Source of the DNA: Clostridiaceae bacterium
Lineage (GTDB): Bacteria > Bacillota > Clostridia > Saccharofermentanales > DTU023
Direction: 5' to 3'
DNA: 64,000 nt
Assembly (NCBI GenBank): GCA_012838135.1
Contig: DUPV01000054.1
Location: 4,270 to 68,269, forward strand
Shown here: positions 38,999 through 49,222 of the stretch, one piece after another
Numbering within the stretch: position 1 is the stretch's first letter
How the letters are laid out: each line of letters starts with the position of its first letter
Made by a program: the position numbers and the translations under genes
The notes under the pieces: generated by a model
Told to the model about the DNA's origin: nothing
The model's input: only the letters and a program-made list of their open reading frames with translations
Databases searched by the model: none

Positions 38999-39937
38999 TT
39001 ATTCTAAAATTTTCGTCAAATCAATTTCCGGTTTTCTTTGTGGATTTGTTAAATCCACATTCTTTAAATAATGCGAAACCATTTCAGTCAAGTAGGTTGG
39101 AGTCGATGCTCCTGATGTAATACCAACACGCCAACCTTGCTTCAATCCATCCAGCATTAAGTCTTCAATTGATTCAATTCGTACCACGTGCTTGATTCCG
39201 TGTTCAAAACCGATTTGTGCCAACATTGCTGTATTGTTGCTATTAGGGTCTCCTACAACAACTAATGCGTCAAGCTTAGATTGTTTTATAATAGCTTCTT
39301 GACGAACTCTGGTTGCACCGCAAATTTCATTATTGACTTCAGCTTGTGGATACTTATCCAAGATGGCTTGAATAATGCTCTGAATTTCCAAAATTGATAA
39401 AGTTGTCTGATTGGTAATAAGAATATTTTTCGTAGAATCAAGATTTAAAATGTTAATATCAGATTCTTGCGTAATTAGATGTGCACGGGGAAAATTCTGT
39501 AAAATCGCTTCCGTTTCCGGATGCATATTTTTACCGATAAAAACTATCTGTGTATCTTGAGCTAAAGCATGACCGATTATATCATGAGTTGAAACTACAT
39601 CATTGCAGACCGCATCAATTACGGTAAGCCCCTTGGCTTTAGCTATTTCAACAATCCTTTTACCTGTGCCATGAGCTGACAAAATTAAAATTCCCTGATC
39701 CACATATTGCAGCAGCTCTTCTCTGGTTAATCCCGGAATATCAATCGTTTTAATTCTGTAATAATTCAAAGCTTCCGTTATATAGCGATTATGAACAATT
39801 TTACCAAGTATGCTGATTGTAGTTTCAGGGTTTTCCTCTCGAGTGCGTTTTACAATACTTAATGCCCGAATTACCCCTTTACAATAACCACGAGGCTTAA
39901 TGTCAATTATTTCCAAGTCAGCTTTTTTCTCAATCAC
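38999..39937 (-). CDS. ispH: 4-hydroxy-3-methylbut-2-enyl diphosphate reductase
   Basis: PRGYCKGV (first cluster Cys), HNRYI, a Cys in DAVCNDV, a third Cys in EICGATRVRQEA, and SSNT-like NSNNT. Confidence 0.95.
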   Translation of the reverse strand: MIEKKADLEIIDIKPRGYCKGVIRALSIVKRTREENPETTISILGKIVHNRYITEALNYYRIKTIDIPGLTREELLQYVDQGILILSAHGTGKRIVEIAKAKGLTVIDAVCNDVVSTHDIIGHALAQDTQIVFIGKNMHPETEAILQNFPRAHLITQESDINILNLDSTKNILITNQTTLSILEIQSIIQAILDKYPQAEVNNEICGATRVRQEAIIKQSKLDALVVVGDPNSNNTAMLAQIGFEHGIKHVVRIESIEDLMLDGLKQGWRVGITSGASTPTYLTEMVSHYLKNVDLTNPQRKPEIDLTKILE

Positions 39938-39997
39938 GCAAATTCTCCAAAACCGAATTTTTTCTTGTTATGCCAATTCTTCAAAACAGAAGTTAAT

Positions 39998-41854
39998 TTA
40001 ATCCCGCCAATTTTCTAAAACTGAATTGCCTGTTATAAAACGATCTAAATTCCATTGTTCAGCATTCATTAAAGTATATCCGTTAATTGAGGTAAAATCG
40101 AAATGAATATATGTATTGGCATAAAAGTTATAAGTATTTGGTCCTTCTCCGTAAAAAGTGCAATAACCTGAATTTATTAAAAATTGCAATTTTTCTTCAC
40201 TATTATATACATGTGAACCACCCGGAAAAACCATACAGCGTATTTCCCCCAGATACTGTTTTGCCGTGGCATTCCATCGTTCAACATTCTGTTCCAAATC
40301 TGCCAAGGAAAGAGATCCGAGATCATCACCGCTATAAGTACCGTTGCAAAAAGTAAATCCGTGTTGTTTCAAAGCTGAAATCACCGTTTCTAAATCGCCG
40401 GATTGCAACTGATAAAACTTATTCTTTTCTTCCTCCGTTTTATCGGTCAAAATAAAATTTTCCAAATCTAATTCTGCATTTCTTTGAATTATATTTTGTG
40501 TCTGTTCTTCATTGATTGTATAACCCAAAATATTTTCATTGACCGTAAGTGCAATTCTGGCTTTAGCACCATTAAAACTGAAATCAGAATGTTCCGCAAT
40601 AAAGCTTTCTAAAATGCTGATACAATCTTGATTTTCAACTGCAGTTTCAGGTTTATTGGCAGTTAATCTGCTGACAAATTGATCTTTTTCCGCATCATAT
40701 GCAAGCTGTTCCGCTGAACCGGATTCCCGATATGGAGTTGAATATTGATATTGGTCAAAAACCAATACTAAAGGTTTTTTGCCGGCCGGAACTAAAACTT
40801 GTGGATAATTTTCAGGATAATTCATAAAACTTTCACCTGAAATCAAAACATAATCTTTCAAATAAAGTTCATTTAACAAATTTTCAAATTCTTGCGGTGT
40901 GAGCAAACCGGTTTCGGCAAAAGTTTTATACGGACCTAGCTTTGCCCGCTCCGGATCTAGGGTTAGCGGTCTGATTGCAAGATTTTCAACATTCTGCTCC
41001 CAAACTACTATCCGATTCGGTAATTTATCATTACAGATTTGCAATTTTTCTGTAATCTCCGGTTGATCAGGAAATGCATCAAATAATCGATCCAAAATCT
41101 GTTTAGCTGAATAATAACGTTCTCCGGAAATATGCTGATCTGCTATATCAATTAAATCGCGATAAATTTCTTCTTGAAAGATTTTCAAGCGGTATCCTGC
41201 ATAATCTTGCGAAAATCGTCCTAACTCTTGATTGTTAGCTATTTCCTGCCATTTTCTCCAAGCTAGATTCCAATCATTGATATTACTAATTTCAGTAGCT
41301 GATGCAAACTCCGCTGCTGCAAGTTTTAAATTTTCTTCCTGATTCAATAAATTATCGACATTTACTTTAAGATTAGGAAAATTTTGAAAAGATTTTAAAA
41401 TGTGTTTCCAATGGTCATAATCAATTTTTCCGTCCAGCCATGCTTCCGTTTCATGATTCAAAATCGGGGAAACAGCTGCAGCCGTTAACTCTTCAAGACC
41501 TGCAATAAATGCATTGTCTTTCTCACTCAAACTGTCGCCTAATTTTAAACGTTCGAAAATTTGATTGACTTTAGACTCAACTATCTTTTCATATGAAGAT
41601 TGTAAATTTCGGTAACGCTCTTTTTCCTCAGATGATTCACTGCTTGAAATGGCGGAATTCTGGACTTCCCGATACAGTTCCAAAGCCTCCTGATATTTAC
41701 CCTGATCCAGGTATGATTCAAATGAACTTTCATATTCAACTTGTTTATTATATCGCACAATAAAATACAAGCTGATTACAACTGCAAGTAATACCAGACC
41801 AAGCAAAATTATTTTTCCGGATTTCCTTTTTTCTTTAAACGTATATTTATTCAT
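39998..41854 (-). CDS. membrane-anchored hypothetical protein (618 aa); the C-terminal half is reminiscent of polysaccharide-deacetylase-like proteins but with degenerate motifs
   Basis: Single N-terminal TM (IILLGLVLLAVVISLYFIV), a helical or TPR-like middle, and KKPLVLVFDQYQY where NodB enzymes have a ..FDD motif. The family assignment is tentative. Confidence 0.55.
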   Translation of the reverse strand: MNKYTFKEKRKSGKIILLGLVLLAVVISLYFIVRYNKQVEYESSFESYLDQGKYQEALELYREVQNSAISSSESSEEKERYRNLQSSYEKIVESKVNQIFERLKLGDSLSEKDNAFIAGLEELTAAAVSPILNHETEAWLDGKIDYDHWKHILKSFQNFPNLKVNVDNLLNQEENLKLAAAEFASATEISNINDWNLAWRKWQEIANNQELGRFSQDYAGYRLKIFQEEIYRDLIDIADQHISGERYYSAKQILDRLFDAFPDQPEITEKLQICNDKLPNRIVVWEQNVENLAIRPLTLDPERAKLGPYKTFAETGLLTPQEFENLLNELYLKDYVLISGESFMNYPENYPQVLVPAGKKPLVLVFDQYQYSTPYRESGSAEQLAYDAEKDQFVSRLTANKPETAVENQDCISILESFIAEHSDFSFNGAKARIALTVNENILGYTINEEQTQNIIQRNAELDLENFILTDKTEEEKNKFYQLQSGDLETVISALKQHGFTFCNGTYSGDDLGSLSLADLEQNVERWNATAKQYLGEIRCMVFPGGSHVYNSEEKLQFLINSGYCTFYGEGPNTYNFYANTYIHFDFTSINGYTLMNAEQWNLDRFITGNSVLENWRD

Positions 41855-41862
41855 GACTGATT

Positions 41863-44109
41863 TTAATCATCACTTATATCGGTTAAACTCATCTGTTTTG
41901 CCGACATATCTTCTTCTTTAATGAATCTGCCGGCTGCCGGTAAAGTTCTGACCCGATAATAATCAAGATCATATTTATCTGAAAATTGTTCAGCATATCC
42001 AAGATAATCAGCCTGATAATTACCACGTAATAACATAATTCTATTACCTTGCGAATTTCTGGTTGCTTTGAGGCCGATCCGATCACTTTCGAGCAAAATC
42101 ATTCTGTCCTGATTATTTTGCATGATAATATCTTTACCTGAATTTTCGTCCGTTTGATAAAGAATTCCGATTAAGGGTGAACCATCGTAGAAAGCATTTC
42201 TTAATTTACGTCTATTCGTTTTTGTATAATAATTCTCTACTGCAATTTTTACGCATCGTCCATCTGCAAAACCCAAGATTAAGTATCCCTCGTATTTTTC
42301 CGAGGTTACATGGATTGCTATTACCCTTTCATCATCTTCCAATTCCAATAAATTGGGTGTGTATTCCCCTAATTCAGACGGTTTTGCATCTTGAATTTCA
42401 TATGCATTGAGTTTATACACCTCACCTTTATTGGTAAAAAATAAAACTTCTGACTTATTAGTTGCTTCTATATCTTGGATTATCCGATCGTTTTCTTTTA
42501 ATCTCAAATCTCCTGCACTGCGTAAAGAAGTCAAAGCAATTTTCTTCAAATAACCTTCAGCCGTAAAGAAAAATCTGAGATTGTAATCTTCAATAAAATC
42601 CTCTTCTTCGGCAATTTCAATTTTTTCTTCAGCTATAATTTGAGTTAAACGTTCTCTGCCATATTTTTTCGCAACATCTTTTAATTGCTTTTTGATTTCC
42701 TGATTGAGTTTTCGCCGATTACCGATTATCTTTTGCAAACGTTCAATCTCAGCTTCTAAATCAGCAATATCTTCAATCCTGCGAATAATATATTCCTGAT
42801 TCAATTGCCGTAATTTAATTTCAGCAACAGCTTCCGCCTGTAATTGATCAATCGAAAATCCGGCCATTAAACGCGGAATAACCTGATCGTCCTTTTCGGT
42901 TTCGCGTACAATCTTAATTGCTTTATCAATATCGAGCAGAATTGCTTCCAAACCTTTTAAAATATGTAATCTTTTTTGATTTTCTTCGATTTCAAAAGTA
43001 AATTCAGCCGTTAAACATTCACGTCGCCAAGCCAACCACTCCAGCAAAATATCTCTTACACCCAGAACTTGTGGTTTGCCCTTAATCAAAAGATTAAAAT
43101 TACAGGGGAAATTACTCTGCATTGCTGTAACTGAAAATAATTTTTGTACCAATAATTCAGGATCAGCCGACGGTCGATAATCAATTGTCAGTTTGAGACC
43201 GTTAAGGTCGGTGTCATCGCGTACATTGACTACTTCTTTCAGTTTGCCCTTTTTATTTTGTTCAATTACATCTTCGATAATTGCTTCAACTGTGGTTGAG
43301 TAAGGAATTTCAGTAATTTCAATACATTTATTTTTGGTGTCTATATGATAAACAGCCCGCATTTTAATTGAACCGCGACCATTCTCATAAACATTCTGCA
43401 TTACATCTTCTTCATAAATAATGTTTGCCCCGGTAGAAAAATCCGGAGCCGGCATATATTGAAAAAGATCAACTTCTTTGTCATCAATTAATGCACAAGT
43501 CGCTTCACAAACTTCTCGCAAGTTAAAAGAACAAATATTAGATGCCATACCGACAGCTATGCCTTGATTAGCATTAACTAAAATTGTCGGAAAAGTTACC
43601 GGTAATAATACCGGTTCCCGGAAAGTTCCGGAATAATTATCTACGAATTCTACAGCATTCTTATTTAAACCGGAAAAAAGTGTTTCACAACTCTTGTCCA
43701 GTCTTGCTTCAGTATAGCGATACGCCGCATACTGCATATCTCTGGAATATACCCGACCGAAATTACCCTTTGAATCAATCCACGGATTAATCAATGCCCC
43801 GTTACCTCTGGTCATTCTGACCATCGTTTCATAAATAGCTTGATCACCATGCGGATTTAATGCCATCGTTTGACCGACAATATCGGCACTTTTAGCCCGT
43901 GGACCCTTCATCAGACCCATGCGATACATTGTATAGAGCAATTTACGATGTGAGGGTTTAAAACCGTCAATTTCCGGAATAGCTCTTGATACAATGACAC
44001 TCATTGCATAAGGCATATAATTACTTTTCAAAGTTCTGGTAATCGGTGAACGTTCAACTAAATCAATGTAGTCCGAATGATCAACCTGAAAATCTTTATA
44101 TTTACTCAT
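41863..44109 (-). CDS. parC: type IIA topoisomerase subunit A (topoisomerase IV ParC-like)
   Basis: Active-site region AAYRYTEARL and GDQAIYE-type motifs. I did not recognise a GyrA-box. It sits adjacent to the B subunit and away from an origin context. Confidence 0.75.
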   Translation of the reverse strand: MSKYKDFQVDHSDYIDLVERSPITRTLKSNYMPYAMSVIVSRAIPEIDGFKPSHRKLLYTMYRMGLMKGPRAKSADIVGQTMALNPHGDQAIYETMVRMTRGNGALINPWIDSKGNFGRVYSRDMQYAAYRYTEARLDKSCETLFSGLNKNAVEFVDNYSGTFREPVLLPVTFPTILVNANQGIAVGMASNICSFNLREVCEATCALIDDKEVDLFQYMPAPDFSTGANIIYEEDVMQNVYENGRGSIKMRAVYHIDTKNKCIEITEIPYSTTVEAIIEDVIEQNKKGKLKEVVNVRDDTDLNGLKLTIDYRPSADPELLVQKLFSVTAMQSNFPCNFNLLIKGKPQVLGVRDILLEWLAWRRECLTAEFTFEIEENQKRLHILKGLEAILLDIDKAIKIVRETEKDDQVIPRLMAGFSIDQLQAEAVAEIKLRQLNQEYIIRRIEDIADLEAEIERLQKIIGNRRKLNQEIKKQLKDVAKKYGRERLTQIIAEEKIEIAEEEDFIEDYNLRFFFTAEGYLKKIALTSLRSAGDLRLKENDRIIQDIEATNKSEVLFFTNKGEVYKLNAYEIQDAKPSELGEYTPNLLELEDDERVIAIHVTSEKYEGYLILGFADGRCVKIAVENYYTKTNRRKLRNAFYDGSPLIGILYQTDENSGKDIIMQNNQDRMILLESDRIGLKATRNSQGNRIMLLRGNYQADYLGYAEQFSDKYDLDYYRVRTLPAAGRFIKEEDMSAKQMSLTDISDD

Positions 44110-44111
44110 CT

Positions 44112-46100
44112 TTATACAACATCCAACATATCCATATATTTATGACCATGATCGGAAATATATTGTTTACGACCTGCCAAATCATCACCTAATAATAAAT
44201 TAAAAGTATTAAACATTCTTTCTTTTTCTTCGGGTACAATTTGTATTAAACGCCTGGTTTCAGGGTTCATTGTGGTCTGCCACATCATTTCAGGTTCGTT
44301 TTCACCCAAACCTTTTGAACGTTGCAGATGAACTCGCCCCTCTGATAAGGTTTCTACAATATCATTTTTTTCCTGGTCGGTGTAGGCAAAATAAGTTTTT
44401 TCAATATTCTTATAGGTATGAGTTATCTCAAACAAAGGTGATTCTGCAATATGAATTTTACCTTGCTCAATCAGAGTCGGAGTTAAACGGTAGAACATAG
44501 TCAAAATCAATGTTCGAATTTGGAATCCGTCAACATCAGCATCGGTGCAGATAATTACTTTATTCCAACGTAATTTTTCTAAATCAAAATCAGAAAGATC
44601 ACGATTATGTTTACTGTGAATCTCGACTCCGCAACCAAGTATTTTCAATAAATCGACAATAATATCATTTTTAAAAATTTGATTATAGCTGGCTTTTAAG
44701 CAGTTAAGGATTTTGCCGCGCACCGGAATAACACCTTGAAATTCGGAATCGCGTGCCATTTTAACAGAACCCAAAGCTGAATTGCCTTCTACTATGTATA
44801 ATTCACGTTTGCTGACATCTTTTGATTTGCAATCCACAAAATTTTTAATGCGATTAGTCATATTATCAATTGAAACCATCAATTTTTTACGAATATTCAG
44901 TCGTTGCTTTTCCGCATTCTCCCGACTGCGTTTATTAATCAATATTTGATCAATCACTCGTTCCGCAGCATCCGTTTGCTCAATAAACCAAACTTGCAAT
45001 TTTTCACGAATTAATTTAGTCAAAAAACGTTGGATAAAAACATTATTAATCGCTTTTTTCGTTTGATTAGCATATGAAGTAAAACTGGAAAAAGAATTGA
45101 CCATCAAAATCAAGCTATCTTCAATATCCGTAAAAATAATTTTTGATTCATTGTTTTTGTACTTATCACGCTCTTTAATTTCCCGGTCAAATTCAGCAAC
45201 AAAAGCATTGCGCACAGCCCTGTCCGGCGAACCGCCATGTTCAAGCCAACTTGAATTGTGATAATAACTGAGCAAATTGGTTTCATTGTTAAAAGCAAAA
45301 GCAATATCAGCCTGTACTTTATATTCTTCTTTATCACTACGATCTTTACCCCAATCTTCACCGGAAAACAGATAACCTTCAGTCAAAGGGGTAAGTGCAT
45401 TCAGCTCATTTACGTAGCCTAAAATGCCATCAGGATAAATAAATTCAGTTGTTGTCTGATCTGTTTTATCAATAAATATAAATTTAACACCGGGATTGAC
45501 AATAGCTTGTTTTTGTAAAATATCAACAAAATAATTTTTCGGAATATTTATTTCCGTAAAAACATCGTCATCCGGCAACCAGCGCTGAATCGTACCCGTC
45601 TTCTTCCGATTGGTCGGCGTCTTTTTCAATCCGCCGATATTTTCACCTTTTTCAAAATGTAGTTCATAGACAAAACCATCTCTGACAACTTCTACATCAA
45701 AAAAACGGGAAGCATATTGAGTTGCACAAGCACCAAGACCGTTTAAGCCTAAGCTGAATTCATAGTTAGAATTATTTTGATTATATTTACCGCCGGCATA
45801 CAGTTCACAGTATACTAATTCCCAATTATAACGTTGTTCGTTCTCATTGAAATCGACCGGTACACCCCGCCCCTCATCTTCAACTTGTAAGCTGCCGTCT
45901 TTGAATCTGGTTACAGTTATCTTGTATCCGAATCCGGCTCTGGCCTCATCAATTGAATTAGACAAAATTTCAAAAAACGAATGTTGGCAGCCGTTTAAAT
46001 CATCGGACCCGAAGATAACGCTAGGCCTTAACCTAACCCGATCAGCACCTTTCAAGGCAAAAATACTTTCATTATCATAACGTTCAGTTTTGGTCATCAA
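44112..46100 (-). CDS. parE: type IIA topoisomerase subunit B (topoisomerase IV ParE-like)
   Basis: GHKL ATPase N-terminus (GLNGLGA), Toprim EGNSALGS, and the PL(R/K)GKILN-like VRGKILN. Confidence 0.75.
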   Translation of the reverse strand: MMTKTERYDNESIFALKGADRVRLRPSVIFGSDDLNGCQHSFFEILSNSIDEARAGFGYKITVTRFKDGSLQVEDEGRGVPVDFNENEQRYNWELVYCELYAGGKYNQNNSNYEFSLGLNGLGACATQYASRFFDVEVVRDGFVYELHFEKGENIGGLKKTPTNRKKTGTIQRWLPDDDVFTEINIPKNYFVDILQKQAIVNPGVKFIFIDKTDQTTTEFIYPDGILGYVNELNALTPLTEGYLFSGEDWGKDRSDKEEYKVQADIAFAFNNETNLLSYYHNSSWLEHGGSPDRAVRNAFVAEFDREIKERDKYKNNESKIIFTDIEDSLILMVNSFSSFTSYANQTKKAINNVFIQRFLTKLIREKLQVWFIEQTDAAERVIDQILINKRSRENAEKQRLNIRKKLMVSIDNMTNRIKNFVDCKSKDVSKRELYIVEGNSALGSVKMARDSEFQGVIPVRGKILNCLKASYNQIFKNDIIVDLLKILGCGVEIHSKHNRDLSDFDLEKLRWNKVIICTDADVDGFQIRTLILTMFYRLTPTLIEQGKIHIAESPLFEITHTYKNIEKTYFAYTDQEKNDIVETLSEGRVHLQRSKGLGENEPEMMWQTTMNPETRRLIQIVPEEKERMFNTFNLLLGDDLAGRKQYISDHGHKYMDMLDVV

Positions 46101-46297
46101 TATCCCTCTCTAGTGTAAAGTTTAATCCTGTCAATTATATCACTTTACAATTAATCTTATCAGTTTTTGACAAAACCGGCTTTTACTATGGTTTTTAACA
46201 AAAAACATCTTAAATTAATTCAGTAATTTTTTCAAAATTAGGATTATGTGTTATTTTATATCCATTATATTTAAAATTTATCAATTTGAGGTGAATT

Positions 46298-47575
46298 ATG
46301 TCTTACAACATTGATACAAAATGTGTCCAAAGCGGTTGGAATCCTAAAAACACCGATCCACGAGTTTTACCGATTATTCAATCTACAACATTTAAGTTTG
46401 ATTCTAGTGAGGATATGGCAAAGTGTTTTGATTTAGAAGAAAGCAATTATTTCTATACACGTTTACAAAATCCGACTAATGATGCAGTGGCAAATAAGAT
46501 TGCCGCTCTCGAAGGCGGAGTTGCCGCAATGCTGACTTCTTCCGGACAAGCAGCCACTTTTTATTCGATTGTCAACATCTGTAATGCGGGCGACCATGTA
46601 GTAAGTTCTTCTGCAGTTTATGGCGGAAGTTATAACTTACTTGCACATACGATGAAAGATTTAGGTATAGAAGTTACTTTCGTGGAACCTGACTGTTCTG
46701 AAGCAGAACTCAAGGCAGCCTTTACGCCTAAGACCAAATGTGTCTTTGGCGAAACTTTAGCAAATCCCGCATTAAAAGTTTTAGACATTGAAATGTTTGC
46801 AAAGGCAGCACATCAACATCGTGTACCGTTAATTGTCGATAATACTTTTCCAACGCCAATCAATTGCAGACCCATTGAATGGGGAGCTGACATTGTAATT
46901 CACTCTACTACCAAATATATGGACGGACACGCCACTTCAGTCGGCGGTGCCGTGGTTGATAGCGGTAATTTTGATTGGCAAGCCAATACCGATAAATTTC
47001 CGGAACTTACCACACCCAATACAACATATCATGGAACAATTTTTACTGAGACATACGGTAAAGCAGCATATATCGGCAAGATGGTCACTACTCTAATGCG
47101 TGATTTAGGATCTATCCCCTCACCTCATAATTCCTTTTTATTGAATATTGGTTTGGAAACTCTTCATTTACGTATGGAAAGACATTGTACCAACGCTCGT
47201 AAAGTCGCAGATCATTTAAAAAATAATCCGAAAGTTACTTGGATCAAATATCCGGACTTAACAGACGATGACGATCATCAACTGGCTAAAAAATACTTAC
47301 CTAACGGTTCCAGCGGAGTTATCATTTTTGGTGTTCAGGGCGGACGTACAGGTGCTACAAAATTCATGGATTCCTTAAAACTGGCTGCTGTCGTAACTCA
47401 TGTCGCAGATTGCAGAACATGCGTTTTGCATCCGGCTTCTACAACTCATCGTCAAATGAATGATGCAGAACTGGAAGCTGCAGGCGTAAAGCCCGACTTA
47501 ATTCGCTTTTCAGTCGGAATTGAAAATGTTGATGATATCATAGCCGATATTGACCAAGCTCTAGCTCAGGTTTAG
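46298..47575 (+). CDS. metY: O-acetylhomoserine aminocarboxypropyltransferase / sulfhydrylase (PLP-dependent)
   Basis: Cys/Met-metabolism PLP family with PLP-Lys context HSTTKYMDGH. The approximately 425-aa MetY-type length and N-terminus fit. Confidence 0.85.
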   Translation: MSYNIDTKCVQSGWNPKNTDPRVLPIIQSTTFKFDSSEDMAKCFDLEESNYFYTRLQNPTNDAVANKIAALEGGVAAMLTSSGQAATFYSIVNICNAGDHVVSSSAVYGGSYNLLAHTMKDLGIEVTFVEPDCSEAELKAAFTPKTKCVFGETLANPALKVLDIEMFAKAAHQHRVPLIVDNTFPTPINCRPIEWGADIVIHSTTKYMDGHATSVGGAVVDSGNFDWQANTDKFPELTTPNTTYHGTIFTETYGKAAYIGKMVTTLMRDLGSIPSPHNSFLLNIGLETLHLRMERHCTNARKVADHLKNNPKVTWIKYPDLTDDDDHQLAKKYLPNGSSGVIIFGVQGGRTGATKFMDSLKLAAVVTHVADCRTCVLHPASTTHRQMNDAELEAAGVKPDLIRFSVGIENVDDIIADIDQALAQV

Positions 47576-47614
47576 AACAACCGGACTTTAAGCTGAATTT
47601 GAGAATAGATAAGC

Positions 47615-47676
47615 AAGGTGACAACCTCGTGACTTTTGCCACTATCATTCAGCAAAAGTTGAAACGTTGTCACCTT
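47615..47676. other. nested inverted repeat in the metY/serpin convergent intergenic region (possible bidirectional terminator or structured RNA)
   Basis: Outer 11-bp arms AAGGTGACAAC (47615-47625) / GTTGTCACCTT (47666-47676). Inner 7-bp arms CTTTTGC (47633-47639) / GCAAAAG (47652-47658). A second hairpin is TGACAA (47700-47705) / TTGTCA (47717-47722). Confidence 0.35.
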
Positions 47677-47770
47677 ATTGAAGTTTTCAGCTTAATTGGT
47701 GACAATCTAACATTTTTTGTCATGATTTGTTATCATAAATTGCAACGTTGTTACTTTAATTTTCTGTTTT

Positions 47771-49222
47771 TTATGAATCTAATTGATTTACGATACCAAC
47801 AAATAGGGGTAAACCGCTTATACCGTTGATGACGAATACAAAAGGTCGATTCAGAACAAAGTCAATCTCTTCTTCCGGCGGCATTGCAGCACCACAGGTC
47901 ATCATTGCAGTGAAACTGGCAGCGGTCACTCCTTCTTCATCAATCGCAACACGGGTTCCTTGTTTTACTGTCGACAAATAAGCAGGATCAGAATCATTAG
48001 CAAGTAAAGGTGTAAAATCTGCCTTGTCCAGAGTAAATACATCTTTAATTCCAAGATTCTGTAACGATTGATTTAAATTAAAATCTGCACTGACATCAAA
48101 TTTTGGCACGCTGAAATTTACAGTCAGAAATTTTTGATCTTTCCAAGTATCATCTTCAAGCAATTGATAAAATTGATCGTTATTGACGATATCCAGCGGT
48201 TCAACACCTTGATCAGGCAACATAAACCACATATTGCCACCGGATTCCAATGACAATTTAACAGCCCCGAAATTTTCCGTCCAATAATATGTATCACTGT
48301 CACTGCGATTTAAAAAATCAATCTCAACATCGTGATCTGCACCATGAAAATCAGCCTTTTTAGTATTGTTTTCCGAAAATTCATCGGTCCATTTTGCTTG
48401 AAATAAAACTGTCGAAACCAAACCTAAAATCGTATCCGATTCAAATTCTATGTTATTAACTTGCTCGCTCAATAAATTGCCGGTATTATCATTAATCCAA
48501 GCATGTAATTGCTCATTATATTGTTGAGACCCCATTTCACCTTGAAATGCTGATGCGTAGTAATATTTACTTAACGCTTCAATGGCATCTGTTTGATAAT
48601 CATATTCTTGTTCCAACCAAAATGAATTGGCTAATACACTATTCAGAGCACCATCTTGACAATAATTGCTATTCCAGATTGCTTCGGCATCAGTTCTTAA
48701 GCTTGTCATATCTTGTGCTTCCAATAAATTCAAGATTTGTTCTCTGCTTTGACCGTCTGTCGTTTCGGCTAACATAGCTAATGCCATATATAAGCTCAAA
48801 GGTGAATATACCGGATTTTTTTGATTAGGATCAGCCAAAATTGTTTTTGATGTACTAGCGAAATAACTGTAATAATCGCCGGAATATTTTTCTTTATAAG
48901 CAAATTGTTTATTACGATCAGCCTTCCATGCATCATAAACCTGCTTGAAACCTTTATCATCAAACTCACCGGTTTTCGTATCAATAAAAGACATTTCATC
49001 AGGATATTGAGCCATCTGAGGGTAAACAGGACTGATTAATGCTGCTTTTTTTAAGTCATTATCACCTATTCGATCATTTGCATTAGTTGCTGATTGATCA
49101 CTATCAGGTGAAAGAGGCTTTTTATTATCTTTTGCAGAATTAATATTCTGATCATTTACACAAGCAGTGAATGCTGCAATTATGATTAATATACTTAAAA
49201 CCAGCGCTATTATTCTTCGCAT
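47771..49222 (-). CDS. serpin-family serine protease inhibitor, predicted lipoprotein
   Basis: Lipobox FTA-C (Cys21). Serpin hinge and reactive-centre loop DEEGVTAASFTAMM..., with the C-terminal signature NRPFVFVI. Confidence 0.85.
   Translation of the reverse strand: MRRIIALVLSILIIIAAFTACVNDQNINSAKDNKKPLSPDSDQSATNANDRIGDNDLKKAALISPVYPQMAQYPDEMSFIDTKTGEFDDKGFKQVYDAWKADRNKQFAYKEKYSGDYYSYFASTSKTILADPNQKNPVYSPLSLYMALAMLAETTDGQSREQILNLLEAQDMTSLRTDAEAIWNSNYCQDGALNSVLANSFWLEQEYDYQTDAIEALSKYYYASAFQGEMGSQQYNEQLHAWINDNTGNLLSEQVNNIEFESDTILGLVSTVLFQAKWTDEFSENNTKKADFHGADHDVEIDFLNRSDSDTYYWTENFGAVKLSLESGGNMWFMLPDQGVEPLDIVNNDQFYQLLEDDTWKDQKFLTVNFSVPKFDVSADFNLNQSLQNLGIKDVFTLDKADFTPLLANDSDPAYLSTVKQGTRVAIDEEGVTAASFTAMMTCGAAMPPEEEIDFVLNRPFVFVINGISGLPLFVGIVNQLDS

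Noticed and set aside
41863-46100. Calling the type IIA topoisomerase pair gyrB/gyrA.
   Set aside because: I did not recognise a GyrA-box-like motif in the A subunit C-terminal domain, and the locus is not in an origin-proximal dnaA-recF context. ParE/ParC is preferred, but this cannot be settled without phylogeny.
46101-46297. A SAM (S-box) riboswitch or T-box leader upstream of metY.
   Set aside because: The 197-bp region is AT-rich. I could not find the GC-rich paired helices or conserved cores of those leaders. It is probably just a promoter and short UTR.
47599-47829. A 76-aa ORF in the metY/serpin spacer.
   Set aside because: It has a non-ATG start and no RBS. It runs through the hairpin-rich spacer into the antisense strand of the serpin gene, and its translation is low-complexity.
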